From an uncultured Candidatus Rokubacteria bacterium (GTDB lineage Bacteria > Methylomirabilota > Methylomirabilia > Rokubacteriales > CSP1-6), in assembly GCA_963762145.1 (NCBI GenBank), contig CAVXJS010000021.1, positions 1,088,001 through 1,152,000 on the forward strand: a stretch of 64,000 nt of DNA. The letters are read 5' to 3'. Below the pieces are notes generated by a model. The model ran no database searches and was not told where the DNA came from. It worked only from the letters and a program-made list of their open reading frames with translations. Positions 40,912-50,721 of this stretch are shown here, one piece after another. The position numbers and the translations under genes were made by a program. Positions within the stretch are counted from its first letter, which is position 1. Every line of letters starts with the position of its first letter.

Positions 40912-41379
40912 TCATTTGACGATCAGCACTTCGACCGGCGCGTGCTTCAACGCGGCCTCCGCCACGCTCCCGAGCAGAAAGTGAGTCACTGCGCCGGCGC
41001 CTCGCGCGCCCAGGACGAGGACATCCGCTCGCTCCGCACGCACCACCGCCAGCAGCTGGGCGAGCGGCACGCCCGTGCACACGACCGCACGCGTCCGCCA
41101 GCCCACCTGGGCGAGCGCGGCGGCCGCGGTCTCGACCTCGCGGCGGGCCTTCGCCACCAGCGCCCGATTCGCCGCGTCCGCCTGCCCGGCGATCTGCGCC
41201 CGCATGGCGGACGGGACAAGTGGCATCGAGGGCACCCGTACCGGCTCGACGACCCGGACGACCGTCACCCGGCATCCGCGGGGCGGTCGGATCCGGGCCA
41301 AGAACGCCGCCGCCCGGCGGGAGTGCTTAGATCCGTCCATCCCCAGCACGACACGACGAAACCCGGTCCGAGCGGCCAC
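40912..41379 (-). CDS. Universal stress protein
   Basis: VVLGMDGS, ADVLVLGARG...LLGSVAE. Confidence 0.85.
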   Translation of the reverse strand: MAARTGFRRVVLGMDGSKHSRRAAAFLARIRPPRGCRVTVVRVVEPVRVPSMPLVPSAMRAQIAGQADAANRALVAKARREVETAAAALAQVGWRTRAVVCTGVPLAQLLAVVRAERADVLVLGARGAGAVTHFLLGSVAEAALKHAPVEVLIVK

Positions 41380-41386
41380 CGTCCGG

Positions 41387-41521
41387 TTACCTCATCCCCT
41401 GCGGGCGACTCTTCCCTTGATCCATCGCCGCCTTGCGCTGCACCTCGTCCCGCTTGACGGCCACCGCGTCCGTCCGCTTCTTGGATTTCTTGTTCTTGCC
41501 CGTGCTCTTCCGAATTCCCAT
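41387..41521 (-). CDS. Small Lys/Arg-rich protein (44 aa; below ORF-track cutoff)
   Basis: AGGAGG RBS; MGIRKSTGKNKKSKKRTDAVAVKRDEVQRKAAMDQGKSRPQGMR; fills the gap inside the operon. Confidence 0.55.
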   Translation of the reverse strand: MGIRKSTGKNKKSKKRTDAVAVKRDEVQRKAAMDQGKSRPQGMR

Positions 41522-41530
41522 GTGTGCCTC

Positions 41531-43624
41531 CTATCGGTTGAGCCGGGCCCGCGCGTCCACCGCCACCGCGCCTGAGGGCCCGACCGTCAAGGGGTTGATC
41601 TCGATCTCCGCCAGCTCGGGGAGATCCACCAAGAGTTGCGAGAAACGGCTGACGAGCGCGGCGAGGGCCTCACGGTCCACGGGCGGCTCACCCCGCGTGC
41701 CGCGAAGCAGGGGCGCCATCTTGAGCTCGTCGAGCATCACCATGGCCTCGGCCGAGGATACCGGAGCGAGGCGCGCCGTGGTATCCGAGAAGACCTCGAC
41801 GTAGATCCCCCCGAATCCGACCATCACGAGGGGCCCGAACTGCTCGTCGCGCACGCCGCCCAGCAGGAGCTCCTTCCCGGCGGCCGCCATGGCCTCGACC
41901 AGGACACCACGGATCGCCGCCGCCGGTCGCTCGATGGCGACCCGCCGGAGCATGCTCTCGGCGGCTTCGCGCACGGCCCGAGCGTCCCGGAGTCCCAGGG
42001 CCACCCCGCCTACCTCCGTCTTGTGGGTAATGTCCGGCGACACGATCTTGAGCGCGACCGGGAAGCCGACCGCCTCGGCCACGGCCGCGGCATCCGCGGC
42101 GCTGGCCGCCACGCGCGCGGCGAGCCGCGGGATGCTGTAGGCGTCGAGCAGCGGTGCCAGCTCCGGCGTGCCGAGCTGCCGCCCCGCCACGGGGCCGAGC
42201 CCCGCGAGCCAGGCGCGCGAGCGCGCCGGATCGACCGGGCGCGCAGGAGGAACGTCCAGCCGCGCTCGTCGCGCTGCGAGCCGCGCCATTCCGGCCAGCG
42301 CCTTGACCGCCGTCTCGGGGAAGGCGTAGCAGGGAATGCCGGCTTCCTCGAGAACCCGAACGCCCGGCGCCACACGTGTCCCGCCCACGAAAGCGGCCGC
42401 GACCGGGATGGGCCAGCCGCGCGTCGCGCCGACGATCGTGCGCGCGATACTTGCCGCGTCGGTCGCGGCCTGGGGAGTAAGGAGTACGAGCATCGCGTCG
42501 GTGCTGTCCGTCCCGAGGGCGTGCAGCGCGTGGCCGTAACGGCGCGCGTCGGCGTCCCCCACCAGGTCCACCGGGTTGCCGAGCCCGGCGGTGGCGGGCA
42601 GACCCTCGGCCAGGCGTTGCCGGACGGCCTCGGCGAGCGGCGCGACGCTGAGCCCGGCCGCCCGCGCCGCATCGGTGGCCACGATGCCGAGCCCGCCGCC
42701 GTTGGTCACCACGATCAGGCGCCCGCCGCGCGGGAGCGGCTGGCTGGCCAGCCCGCGCGCGATATCGAAGAGCTCCTCCACCGTATCGACCCGGAGGGCG
42801 CCCGCCTGCCGGACGGCCGCGTCGAATGCCCGATCGGAGCCCGCGAGCGCGCCGGTATGCGAGGAGACGGCCCGGGCCCCCTCCGGGGAGCGACCCGCCT
42901 TCAGGAGAACGACCGGCTTCACGGCGGCGGCGCGGCGGAGGGCGCCGAGGAAGCGCTGGCCATCCGCGATCCCTTCGAGATAGCAGGCGATCACCCGCGT
43001 CTCCGGATCGGCGGCGACCGCGTCCAGGAGATCACTCTCGTTCAGGTCGGCCTGGTTGCCGAGAGAAGCGAAGAGCGAAAAGCCGACCCGACGATCGCGC
43101 GACCAGTCCAGGATCGCCACCGCCAGCGCCCCGGAGTGGGTGATGAAGGCGATGCCGCCCGGCTCGGGCATCCCGGGCGCGAACGTGACGTTGAGCCGGC
43201 AGGCCGGCCTGATCCAGCCGAGGCAATTGGGGCCGAGCACCCGGATCGGTTGATCTCGCAGCCACTCGCGCAGCTCGGCCTCTCGCCGCACACCCTCGCC
43301 GCCGGTCTCCCGGAAGCCGGCCGAGATCACCACCGCGCCACCGACCTGCTTGGCCGCGCAGTGCTTGAGCGCGGGCAAGACGTCCGCGGCGGGCACCGCG
43401 ATCACGGCCAGGTCCACGGGCCCCTCGACGTCGAGGAGGGAGCGCACCGCGGGCAGTCCCTGCACCGAGTCCGCGCGGGAGTTGATCGGGAGGATCCGCC
43501 CGCGGAAACCCGCCGAGCGCAGGTTGGCGACGACGCTGCCGCCGACCTTGTACGGATCGCGGGACGCGCCGATCACCGCCACGCTGGCGGGATCGAGGAA
43601 CGGAGCGAGCGAGCGGCCGCTCAT
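41531..43624 (-). CDS. NDP-forming acyl-CoA synthetase (acetate-CoA ligase family, alpha+beta fused, no GNAT)
   Basis: SVAVIGAS, GPNCLG, SHTGALAG (phospho-His), TNGGG, NPVD, HKTEVGGV, FGP.VMVGFGG, EINPL. Confidence 0.9.
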   Translation of the reverse strand: MSGRSLAPFLDPASVAVIGASRDPYKVGGSVVANLRSAGFRGRILPINSRADSVQGLPAVRSLLDVEGPVDLAVIAVPAADVLPALKHCAAKQVGGAVVISAGFRETGGEGVRREAELREWLRDQPIRVLGPNCLGWIRPACRLNVTFAPGMPEPGGIAFITHSGALAVAILDWSRDRRVGFSLFASLGNQADLNESDLLDAVAADPETRVIACYLEGIADGQRFLGALRRAAAVKPVVLLKAGRSPEGARAVSSHTGALAGSDRAFDAAVRQAGALRVDTVEELFDIARGLASQPLPRGGRLIVVTNGGGLGIVATDAARAAGLSVAPLAEAVRQRLAEGLPATAGLGNPVDLVGDADARRYGHALHALGTDSTDAMLVLLTPQAATDAASIARTIVGATRGWPIPVAAAFVGGTRVAPGVRVLEEAGIPCYAFPETAVKALAGMARLAARRARLDVPPARPVDPARSRAWLAGLGPVAGRQLGTPELAPLLDAYSIPRLAARVAASAADAAAVAEAVGFPVALKIVSPDITHKTEVGGVALGLRDARAVREAAESMLRRVAIERPAAAIRGVLVEAMAAAGKELLLGGVRDEQFGPLVMVGFGGIYVEVFSDTTARLAPVSSAEAMVMLDELKMAPLLRGTRGEPPVDREALAALVSRFSQLLVDLPELAEIEINPLTVGPSGAVAVDARARLNR

Positions 43625-44034
43625 GCGCCCTCCGCGATCGCGAGGAGCGCTTCGAGCGCATCGGGTGCCGTGAAGATCCCGACGATCTGGTTGCCCTGCC
43701 GGACCGGCAGGGCGCCGATCCGCTGCTCGAGCAGCAGCCGCGCCGCCGTGACCAGCGGCGTCTCGGGCGCCACGCTCACCGGGCCCTCGCTCATGATGGA
43801 CCCGACCGAACCAGCCAGAAGGGGCGAATCCAGATCGCGCGTGACGAGACGCCGCAGATCCCGGCTGGAGAGGATGCCGGTCAGCACCGGGCCGTCCTGG
43901 ACCAAGAGGTGACGGACCTCGGCGCCCTGCATGAGCGACACCGCGTCCCGGATCGGGGTGTCCTCGCTGACCGCCATCGGGGCCTTGCTCATCCAGTCCC
44001 CGACCGATCCTCCCGTCCCTTTCTCGGTGCGCAT
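43621..44034 (-). CDS. CBS-pair protein
   Basis: VRHLLV, GILSSRDL, IGALPV, GIFT..D. Confidence 0.85.
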   Translation of the reverse strand: MRTEKGTGGSVGDWMSKAPMAVSEDTPIRDAVSLMQGAEVRHLLVQDGPVLTGILSSRDLRRLVTRDLDSPLLAGSVGSIMSEGPVSVAPETPLVTAARLLLEQRIGALPVRQGNQIVGIFTAPDALEALLAIAEGA

Positions 44035-44044
44035 CGCGGGCCGC

Positions 44045-44485
44045 TCAGGCCGGCTCCCGCACCGTGAGCACGGGGCACGGCGCGAGGCGCACGACGCGGT
44101 CGGCGACGCTCCCGAGGAGCGCCCGGGCGATCCCGCCGCGGCCGTGGGTGCCGATCACGATGAGGTCGGCCCGCTCGTCCCCGGCCAGCGCCACGATCTC
44201 CTGGTGAGGAACGCCGGTGCGGAGCGCCGCGCGCGCGCCGAGCCCCGCCCCGCGCGCCTTGCCCACCAGTTCCTCCAGGGCCGCGTCGGCCCACGTGCGG
44301 GCTCCTTCCCGGACCTTGCGCGCGGTCTCGATATTGAAAATCCCCTCCCCGTACAGGGGCACCTCCGTCAGCACATGAGTCAGGATCAACTCGCTGCCGG
44401 GCGCCGCCGCAAGCCGCTTGGCCAGCTCCCACGCTTCCTTCGCGCAATCCGAGAAGTCCGTCGCCACCACGATGCGATAGAACAT
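44045..44485 (-). CDS. Universal stress protein
   Basis: IVVATDFS, ADLIVIGTHGRGG...LLGSVADRVVR.APCPV. Confidence 0.92.
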   Translation of the reverse strand: MFYRIVVATDFSDCAKEAWELAKRLAAAPGSELILTHVLTEVPLYGEGIFNIETARKVREGARTWADAALEELVGKARGAGLGARAALRTGVPHQEIVALAGDERADLIVIGTHGRGGIARALLGSVADRVVRLAPCPVLTVREPA

Positions 44486-44508
44486 GTGCGCCTCCTGGTG
44501 GGCAGAAT

Positions 44509-44524
44509 TGCAACCGAGGTGCCA
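44509..44524 (-). promoter_or_regulatory. sigma54 promoter
   Basis: TGGCAC-CTCGG-TTGCA (consensus); TGAGG-N8-CCCCA at 44596-44613. Confidence 0.75.
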
Positions 44525-44655
44525 GCTACAAATGCTCTACATTCAACCCGTTACAGGACCGGACCTGGCTGCCTCGCGCGGCAGCCGTGTCCCGCTGAGG
44601 CGCCGCCGCCCCAGGTCTTGAAGGGCCCACCCTCCTGGCTCACAATGCAGCCGGC

Positions 44656-46809
44656 ATGGCTCAGCGGCCCGTCGGCGTGATCTCCTGGCTCCTCCAGAAC
44701 CGAACGAGCGTGGCGTTTTCCGTGGCCGCCGCCCTCGTGCTGGCCATCGCCGTCATCGCGCTCGGCGCGCTCGACCTCGCGGAGCAGTACCAGACGGTGC
44801 GCCAGACCGGACAGGTCCTCGGTGAGCTGGATGGCGTCCTCTCGGCGGTGACCGATGCCGAGACCGGACAGCGCGGCTTCCTGATGACCGGCGACGAGCG
44901 CTATCTCGCCCCGTATCTCACCGCGTTCGACTCCGCGTCGACACACCTGGGGACCCTCCGTAGCTTGACCGAGGGCAATGCGCGCCAGCGGCGGCACGTC
45001 GACGCCCTGGAGCCGATCGTGATGGGCAAGCTCGCCGAGCTGCGCGACACCGTCCAGCTCGGCCGTGAGCGGCGAACCGACGTCGCGATCCAGCGGCTGC
45101 TCACGGGTCGCGGCCTGCAGCTCATGGGCCAGGTTCGATCCACCGTCGCCGCCATGAAGGCGGAGGAGCGACAGAACCAGGCCGAGCAATCGACCGGGTA
45201 CGCGAAGCAGTTCCGCCGGACGTTCCTCGGGCTGGCCGCCCTGGCATGGCTGACCCTTGGCCTGCTCCTGGTCGTCCTCTTCGAGTATCGACGGCGGGCG
45301 GGAGAGATCCAGACCACCCGGGATGCCCTGCAGAGCCAGGTCGCCGAGCACGAGCGGACGAGCGCTCTGCTCGCGTCGATCGTACAGTCGTCCGACGACG
45401 CGATCATCGGACTGGGACTCGATGGGCGCGTGCTCACGTGGAATGGGGGGGCCGAGCGACTGTACGGATACCGGGAGGGCGACATCCGGAGCCGGCCGTT
45501 CGACATCCTGTCCCCGGACCGGCGGAAGGACGAGGTCACGGCTTGCCTCCGCCGCGTCCTCCGGGATCAGGCGGTCGAGCGGATCGAAGCCGAGCAGACG
45601 ACTCGACAGGGGCGACCGCTAACCGTCCTCATGACGATCTCGCCGATCCGCGACGTCGCCGGGGCCGTCATCGGCGCCTCCATCGTGGCGCGCGACACCA
45701 CCGCGCGCAAGGCGGCCGAGGAGTCGCTGCGTCGCAGCGAGGCCACGTCCCGGGCGTTCCTGGAATCCGCTTCCGAGAGCATCGTGGTCGCGGACGCGGC
45801 CGGCCGCATCGTACTGGTCAACGCCCGGACCGAGACGATGTTCGGCTACACACGCGCGGAATTAATAGGACAGCCGGTCGAGACGCTGATCCCGGCCCCG
45901 CTCCGCGAGCGGCACGTCGCTCATCGCAGCACCTACATGGCGGCGCCTCGGATCCGCTCGATGGGCCGGGGCCTCGACCTGGCCGGACTCAGGAAGAACG
46001 GGACCGAGTTTCCGGTCGAGGTGAGCCTGAGCTATGTGGAGACCGACGAGGGCACGCGCGCCATCGCTTTCGTCACCGACATCAGCGAGCGGGTGGCCTT
46101 CCAGCGGGCCGCCCGTCAGGCCGACAAGCTGGCCGCCCTGGGCACGCTGTCGGCCGGCATCGCCCACGAGATCAACAACCCCATCGGGATCATCAGCTCG
46201 CGCGTCGAGGTCATGATGCTCGAGGCCGGGGAAGACGGGCTGCCGACCGAGGTGCGGACGGATCTCGAGGTCGTTCTCCGGCACGCCCGGCGCGTGGCTA
46301 CGATCACGCAGGGACTCCTGTCTTTCGCCCGTCAGTCGGCCGGCTCGCGGGGCCCCGTGAACCTGACTGAGGTGGTAAAGGAGATCGTCCAGCTCGTCGG
46401 CAAGGACATGAGCCGGGCGCGGGTCCAGGTCACGACCAAGCTGGACGAGACCACGCCCACGTTCCTGGCCGACGGCAACGCGATCGGGCAGGTGGTGCTC
46501 AACCTGCTCACGAACGCCCGGGGCGCCATGCCCGAGGGTGGCGAGATCACGATCGAGACCAGCCATCTGGCCGCGGTCCGGGCCATCCGCCTCACCGTCC
46601 GGGATACCGGCTCCGGGATTCCCCCCGAGCTCCTGCCGAAGATCTTCGATCCGTTCTTCACCACGAAGTCGGAAGGTACCGGGCTCGGCCTCTCGATCAG
46701 CCACGGTATCGTGCACGATCATCACGGGACGCTGGACGTTAGCTCCGAGGTCGGCAAGGGCAGCACGTTCACCTTGACCTTCCCGCTCGACGCCGCGCCC
46801 GGGAGCTGA
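44656..46809 (+). CDS. CHASE3-PAS-PAS sensor histidine kinase
   Basis: [12 protein letters not shown]; two PAS domains; [37 protein letters not shown]. Confidence 0.92.
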   Translation: MAQRPVGVISWLLQNRTSVAFSVAAALVLAIAVIALGALDLAEQYQTVRQTGQVLGELDGVLSAVTDAETGQRGFLMTGDERYLAPYLTAFDSASTHLGTLRSLTEGNARQRRHVDALEPIVMGKLAELRDTVQLGRERRTDVAIQRLLTGRGLQLMGQVRSTVAAMKAEERQNQAEQSTGYAKQFRRTFLGLAALAWLTLGLLLVVLFEYRRRAGEIQTTRDALQSQVAEHERTSALLASIVQSSDDAIIGLGLDGRVLTWNGGAERLYGYREGDIRSRPFDILSPDRRKDEVTACLRRVLRDQAVERIEAEQTTRQGRPLTVLMTISPIRDVAGAVIGASIVARDTTARKAAEESLRRSEATSRAFLESASESIVVADAAGRIVLVNARTETMFGYTRAELIGQPVETLIPAPLRERHVAHRSTYMAAPRIRSMGRGLDLAGLRKNGTEFPVEVSLSYVETDEGTRAIAFVTDISERVAFQRAARQADKLAALGTLSAGIAHEINNPIGIISSRVEVMMLEAGEDGLPTEVRTDLEVVLRHARRVATITQGLLSFARQSAGSRGPVNLTEVVKEIVQLVGKDMSRARVQVTTKLDETTPTFLADGNAIGQVVLNLLTNARGAMPEGGEITIETSHLAAVRAIRLTVRDTGSGIPPELLPKIFDPFFTTKSEGTGLGLSISHGIVHDHHGTLDVSSEVGKGSTFTLTFPLDAAPGS

Positions 46810-46861
46810 TCGTGCAGCGCGCCAGGGCGATGGCTACGAGCCAGGTCGGATCGGCCGGCCG

Positions 46862-47764
46862 ATGAACGCACCGGAACCCGGGGCCCGTGTCGAGATCCCC
46901 GCGGCCCGTCTGGACGCCCTGCTCCCGCCCGAGATGGCGGAGCGCGCCGAGGAGATCGGGCGTCCGCAAGGTCGCACATGGATCTGCCCCGCCTGTTCAC
47001 GCTCGCGGTCCTTGCCGGGGCGTTCATCGCGCTCGGCGGCGTGTTCGCCACCACCGCGCTGGCCGGCGCCGGCGGCTCCCTGGGGGCCGGTCCGGGTGCT
47101 CGCGGGCGCCGTCTTCAGCCTCGGGCTCATCCTCGTCGTGGTGGGCGGGGCGGAGCTCTTCACCGGGAACAACTCTCGTCGTGATGGCGTGGGCGGGCGG
47201 CCGGGTCCGCACCGCGGCCCTCCTGCGGAACTGGCTCGTCGTCTTCGCGGGGAACTTTGTCGGCGCGACCGCCACCGCGCTTGCGGTGGCCCTGGCGGGC
47301 ACCCATCTGGGGGCGAGGGCGCCTTCGGCGTCGCCGCGTTCGCCGTCGCCTACGCCAAGCTCCAGCTCGGCTTCGTCCAGGCCGTCGTTCTCGGCATGCT
47401 CGGCAACGCGCTGGTGTGCCTCGCGGTCTGGCTCACCTACAGCGCGCGAACGACCGCCGACCGGATCCTCGCGATCGTGCCCCCGATCAGCGCCTTCGTG
47501 GCCGCCGGGTTCGAGCACTCGATCGCGAACATGTACTTCGTGCCGCTACGCGCTTTCGTGGCGGCTCTGGATCCGGGCTTCGTGACCGCCCGAGGGCTTG
47601 GACCCCAGGCGGCCTCGCTGACGTGGATCGCGTTTCTCGGTCGCAACCTCCTGCCGGTCACCATCGGCAACATCGTCGGCGGCGCGGGCCTGGTAGGTGC
47701 CGTCTACTGGTTCGCGTACCTCCGGCCCCGAGGCCCGGCGGCCGGGGGCCGGGCCAGAGGATAG
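46862..47764 (+). CDS. Formate/nitrite transporter (FNT) family, frameshifted
   Basis: LAVLAGAFIALG, GAELFTGN, GNFVG, N.LVCLAVW, FVAAGFEHSIANM, VTIGNIVGG across frames. Confidence 0.85.
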   Translation: MNAPEPGARVEIPAARLDALLPPEMAERAEEIGRPQGRTWICPACSRSRSLPGRSSRSAACSPPPRWPAPAAPWGPVRVLAGAVFSLGLILVVVGGAELFTGNNSRRDGVGGRPGPHRGPPAELARRLRGELCRRDRHRACGGPGGHPSGGEGAFGVAAFAVAYAKLQLGFVQAVVLGMLGNALVCLAVWLTYSARTTADRILAIVPPISAFVAAGFEHSIANMYFVPLRAFVAALDPGFVTARGLGPQAASLTWIAFLGRNLLPVTIGNIVGGAGLVGAVYWFAYLRPRGPAAGGRARG

Positions 47765-47773
47765 GCTTGCGGC

Positions 47774-48181
47774 TCAGTGCCCGGCCAGGTACTCGAAGAC
47801 CGGCGGCCAGATCAAGGTGGTCGCCACGCCGACGCCCATGAGGAACACGACCAGCCACACCGACAGCCTCATGTCGCGGCCGCGGAGCGCATAGTGGAGG
47901 AGCACCCAGCTCGCCAGCCAGGCGACCAGCGAGATCGTCTCCTTGCCCGAGTAAGGCCCGATGCCTTCCGCCCCCGGCATCCAGAGCTTCCCGATGCCGT
48001 GCACCCACGCGTTGAACGGCTTGGACGCGGCCGTGAACACGTTCACCACCGCGAGCGCGAGCATGCCCAGCATCGCGGCCATCAGCGCCGCGACTGCCAC
48101 ACCACCAGGCACCATCTTCGCGTCCTTCGACCAGGCCACCTCGGCCCGGCCTTCGTTCTCTTCCAGCAACTTCTGGCTCAT
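47774..48181 (-). CDS. Uncharacterised membrane protein
   Basis: Three hydrophobic segments; GIGPYSGKET...WL.SW..LH; GGAG RBS. Confidence 0.75.
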   Translation of the reverse strand: MSQKLLEENEGRAEVAWSKDAKMVPGGVAVAALMAAMLGMLALAVVNVFTAASKPFNAWVHGIGKLWMPGAEGIGPYSGKETISLVAWLASWVLLHYALRGRDMRLSVWLVVFLMGVGVATTLIWPPVFEYLAGH

Positions 48182-48198
48182 GGTCTGCTCCTCTCCGC

Positions 48199-48804
48199 TC
48201 AGGCCGGGCGTAGCTTGGTGACCGCGGCGCCGAGGCCGAAGGCAATCACCAGGTAGAAGAACGCGAGGCCCATCAGCACCGCCACCGTGTAGCGGAGCCA
48301 GGGCCGGTCGAGCACCTGCGCGCCGTACCGCCACAGGATGAACGCGGCCACGACGGTGAGCGGCAGCGTGAAGAGCGCGCCGAACTCCTTGAACTCGAAG
48401 AAGATCCGATGGATCTCCGGTGCGTTCTTGACGAAGAACGAGCGGGGACTTTCCGGGATCGGAGCCCGGTAGTAGATGTACAGCCAGTTACCGAAGATGA
48501 TCGCGATCAACGAGCAGGTGGCGGCAACCACCGCCAGGAGCTGCAGGTCCGCGAAGGCCCGGATACGGCCGGTGAGCAGCCTCCACGCGAGGTAGAGTCC
48601 GATCGTTCCCATGAACAGGAACAGGAAGGCGGCCAGCCCGTGGAAGGCAGCCGGGACCGCGCCGGCGTGCTCGCCCAGCAGCTTGGCGAACGGCGCCGTC
48701 ACGAGGGTGAAGCCAAGCGCGCTCACGATCATCACCACCACCACGGCGATCAGCGAGCGCGTCGATGCTTCCTTCAGGTCATGACGCTCGGACATCATAC
48801 TCAT
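48199..48804 (-). CDS. Uncharacterised membrane protein
   Basis: About five TM; FHGL, GNWLYIYYR, P.IH..FFEFKE; GAGGAGG RBS. Confidence 0.75.
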   Translation of the reverse strand: MSMMSERHDLKEASTRSLIAVVVVMIVSALGFTLVTAPFAKLLGEHAGAVPAAFHGLAAFLFLFMGTIGLYLAWRLLTGRIRAFADLQLLAVVAATCSLIAIIFGNWLYIYYRAPIPESPRSFFVKNAPEIHRIFFEFKEFGALFTLPLTVVAAFILWRYGAQVLDRPWLRYTVAVLMGLAFFYLVIAFGLGAAVTKLRPA

Positions 48805-48878
48805 CGTGTCCTCCTCTCGGTCGAAGGCGGTTGGGCGATGCCAGCGGCGGCCGTCGACGTCGAATGCATTCCGCACTG

Positions 48879-48894
48879 TGCAATACTGGTGCCC
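48879..48894 (-). promoter_or_regulatory. sigma54 promoter
   Basis: GGGCAC-CAGTA-TTGCA; palindromes at 48945-48962 (perfect) and 48965-48982. Confidence 0.65.
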
Positions 48895-48995
48895 CTACAG
48901 AACCTCATGTATTCGAGGGGTTGCACGCAGGGAACGTCGTGAGATGGGGCGGCCGCTCCCCAATCAAGGCGCAGATGCCCCACACAGCATCGGAC

Positions 48996-49976
48996 CTACG
49001 GAACGATGACGGCGGCTCCGTCGATCGCATCGGCTTTGATCGCGCGCAGGGCTTCGTTGACCTGATCGAGCGGGAAGGCGGTCACCGAGGGGCGGAGCCC
49101 GATCGCGCTCGCGACCTTCAGGAACTCCCGCGCATCGGCTCGCGTCATGTTCGTCACGCTCCGGATCTGCCGCTCGCCCCATAGCAGACGGTCGTAGTCG
49201 AACTCGGGCATGCGATCCAGATGAATGGCATTGATCGCCACGACACCGCCCTTGCGCAGGCTCGCGAGGGCCGCGACGACGACGTCCCCACTCGGGGCGA
49301 ACGTGATCGCCCGATCGAGCGGGACCGGCGGGCGATGCGTGTCATCGCCGACCCACGTGGCTCCGAGGGAGACGGCCAGCCGACGGTGTGACGCCCCCCG
49401 CGTGGAGACAAACACCTCGCAGCTCCAGGACCGCAGCACGGCAAGCGCCAGATGCGCGGACGCCCCGAACCCGAAGAGGCCCACGCGCTCGCCGGCTTCG
49501 ACGCCGGCCACCCGCAGGCTGCGGAAGCCGATGATCCCGGCGCACAGTAGCGGCGCCGCCTGGAGATCGTCCAGCGCGCTGGGCAGTGGAACGACGAAAT
49601 CGCGGCGGGCGAGGGCGTATTCCGCATAGCCGCCGTCCACCGTGAAGCCGGTGAAGGTGGGCGAGTCGCACAGGTTCTCGTGGCCGCTCCGGCAGTAGCG
49701 GCAGTCCCCGTCCGTCCCGCCCAGCCACGAAACCCCGACGCGGGCACCAAGAGGCAGGCCGTCCGTCGCCCCACCCACGACCTCGCCCACGATCTGGTGG
49801 CCCGGTATCAGGCGATCGCGCACCGATCCCAGGTCGCCCTCGACCACGTGCAGGTCCGTGCGGCACACCCCACAGGCGCGCACGCTCAGGAGACAGTGTC
49901 CGGGGATGAGCTGCGGATCCGGGACGTCCCCGATCTCCAGAGCTCGCGTGGGAGCGGACACAACGGCGGCCTTCAC
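48996..49976 (-). CDS. Zinc-binding alcohol dehydrogenase family protein
   Basis: CGVCRTDLH, PGHQIVG, CRYC...ENLC, APLLCAGIIG, GFGASAH. Confidence 0.92.
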   Translation of the reverse strand: MKAAVVSAPTRALEIGDVPDPQLIPGHCLLSVRACGVCRTDLHVVEGDLGSVRDRLIPGHQIVGEVVGGATDGLPLGARVGVSWLGGTDGDCRYCRSGHENLCDSPTFTGFTVDGGYAEYALARRDFVVPLPSALDDLQAAPLLCAGIIGFRSLRVAGVEAGERVGLFGFGASAHLALAVLRSWSCEVFVSTRGASHRRLAVSLGATWVGDDTHRPPVPLDRAITFAPSGDVVVAALASLRKGGVVAINAIHLDRMPEFDYDRLLWGERQIRSVTNMTRADAREFLKVASAIGLRPSVTAFPLDQVNEALRAIKADAIDGAAVIVP

Positions 49977-50410
49977 GCTTCCGTTCCGGTCTCGTCCCCG
50001 AAGGTCGTGCCGATGGCACGGGCGGCGGCCACGCGCTCGTCCTGCGGGTCCACTCGCTTCGGCCGCGAGAGGACATCCGCCAGGGACACGCGCTCGATCC
50101 GGGCGCCCCGGAGCGCGACCATGCGGCCCGACTCTCCGTCCGCCAGCGCCGCCACCGCCGCGACGCCAAAACGGGTCGCGAGCATCCGGTCGAACGGAGT
50201 GGGCGAGCCGCCTCGCTGAACGTGGCCGAGCACCGCGAAGCGCACCTCGAAGGGGACGAGGCTCTCGAGCGCGTGAGCGAGTACCACCCCCGCGCCGCCG
50301 AGCCGCCCCAGCGCCATCCGGAACGCGGGACGCGAGGCGGGCGAGAAGTCCGTCGCGTGGAGAATCCGCCGGAGTGCTCTCGGGGCGCGCGCGGTGGAGC
50401 GGCGTCTCAT
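49973..50410 (-). pseudogene. pfkA: In-frame chimera of USP N-terminus and 6-phosphofructokinase C-terminus
   Basis: RILHATDFSPAS..AF joined to RLGG...VLGHVQRGGSPTPFDRMLATRFG. Confidence 0.75.
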
Positions 50411-50721
50411 CGCAGGGATCCGAGGTACGCGGTGAGGGCCCGGACTTCGCTCTCGGTGAGCTGGAGCTTCGGCATGTGAGCGGGGCGCTGCGCGGACGGA
50501 TCGCGCAGCCAGCGACCGAGGTAGGCCTGATCGCGCTTCGCGCCGATGCGGGAGAGGTCAGGCCCGATGGCGGTACCCATCTTCTCCGCGGTGTGGCAGC
50601 CGTAGCAGCCCTGGTCGCGGAAAACCGTGCGGCCCTGACCGATCATCGCGGAGCCGTCCTGCGCCTGCGCGTACGACGCCAGCAGCACTACCGAGACGAG
50701 CGAGACGACGCGTACGATCAT
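50407..50721 (-). CDS. Small c-type cytochrome
   Basis: Signal peptide; CYGCH, GPDL, MP. Confidence 0.85.
   Translation of the reverse strand: MIVRVVSLVSVVLLASYAQAQDGSAMIGQGRTVFRDQGCYGCHTAEKMGTAIGPDLSRIGAKRDQAYLGRWLRDPSAQRPAHMPKLQLTESEVRALTAYLGSLR

Noticed and set aside
41531-43624. Protein acetyltransferase Pat/PatZ
   Set aside because: No GNAT domain, and the catalytic His (SHTG) is retained, so an acyl-CoA synthetase is more likely.
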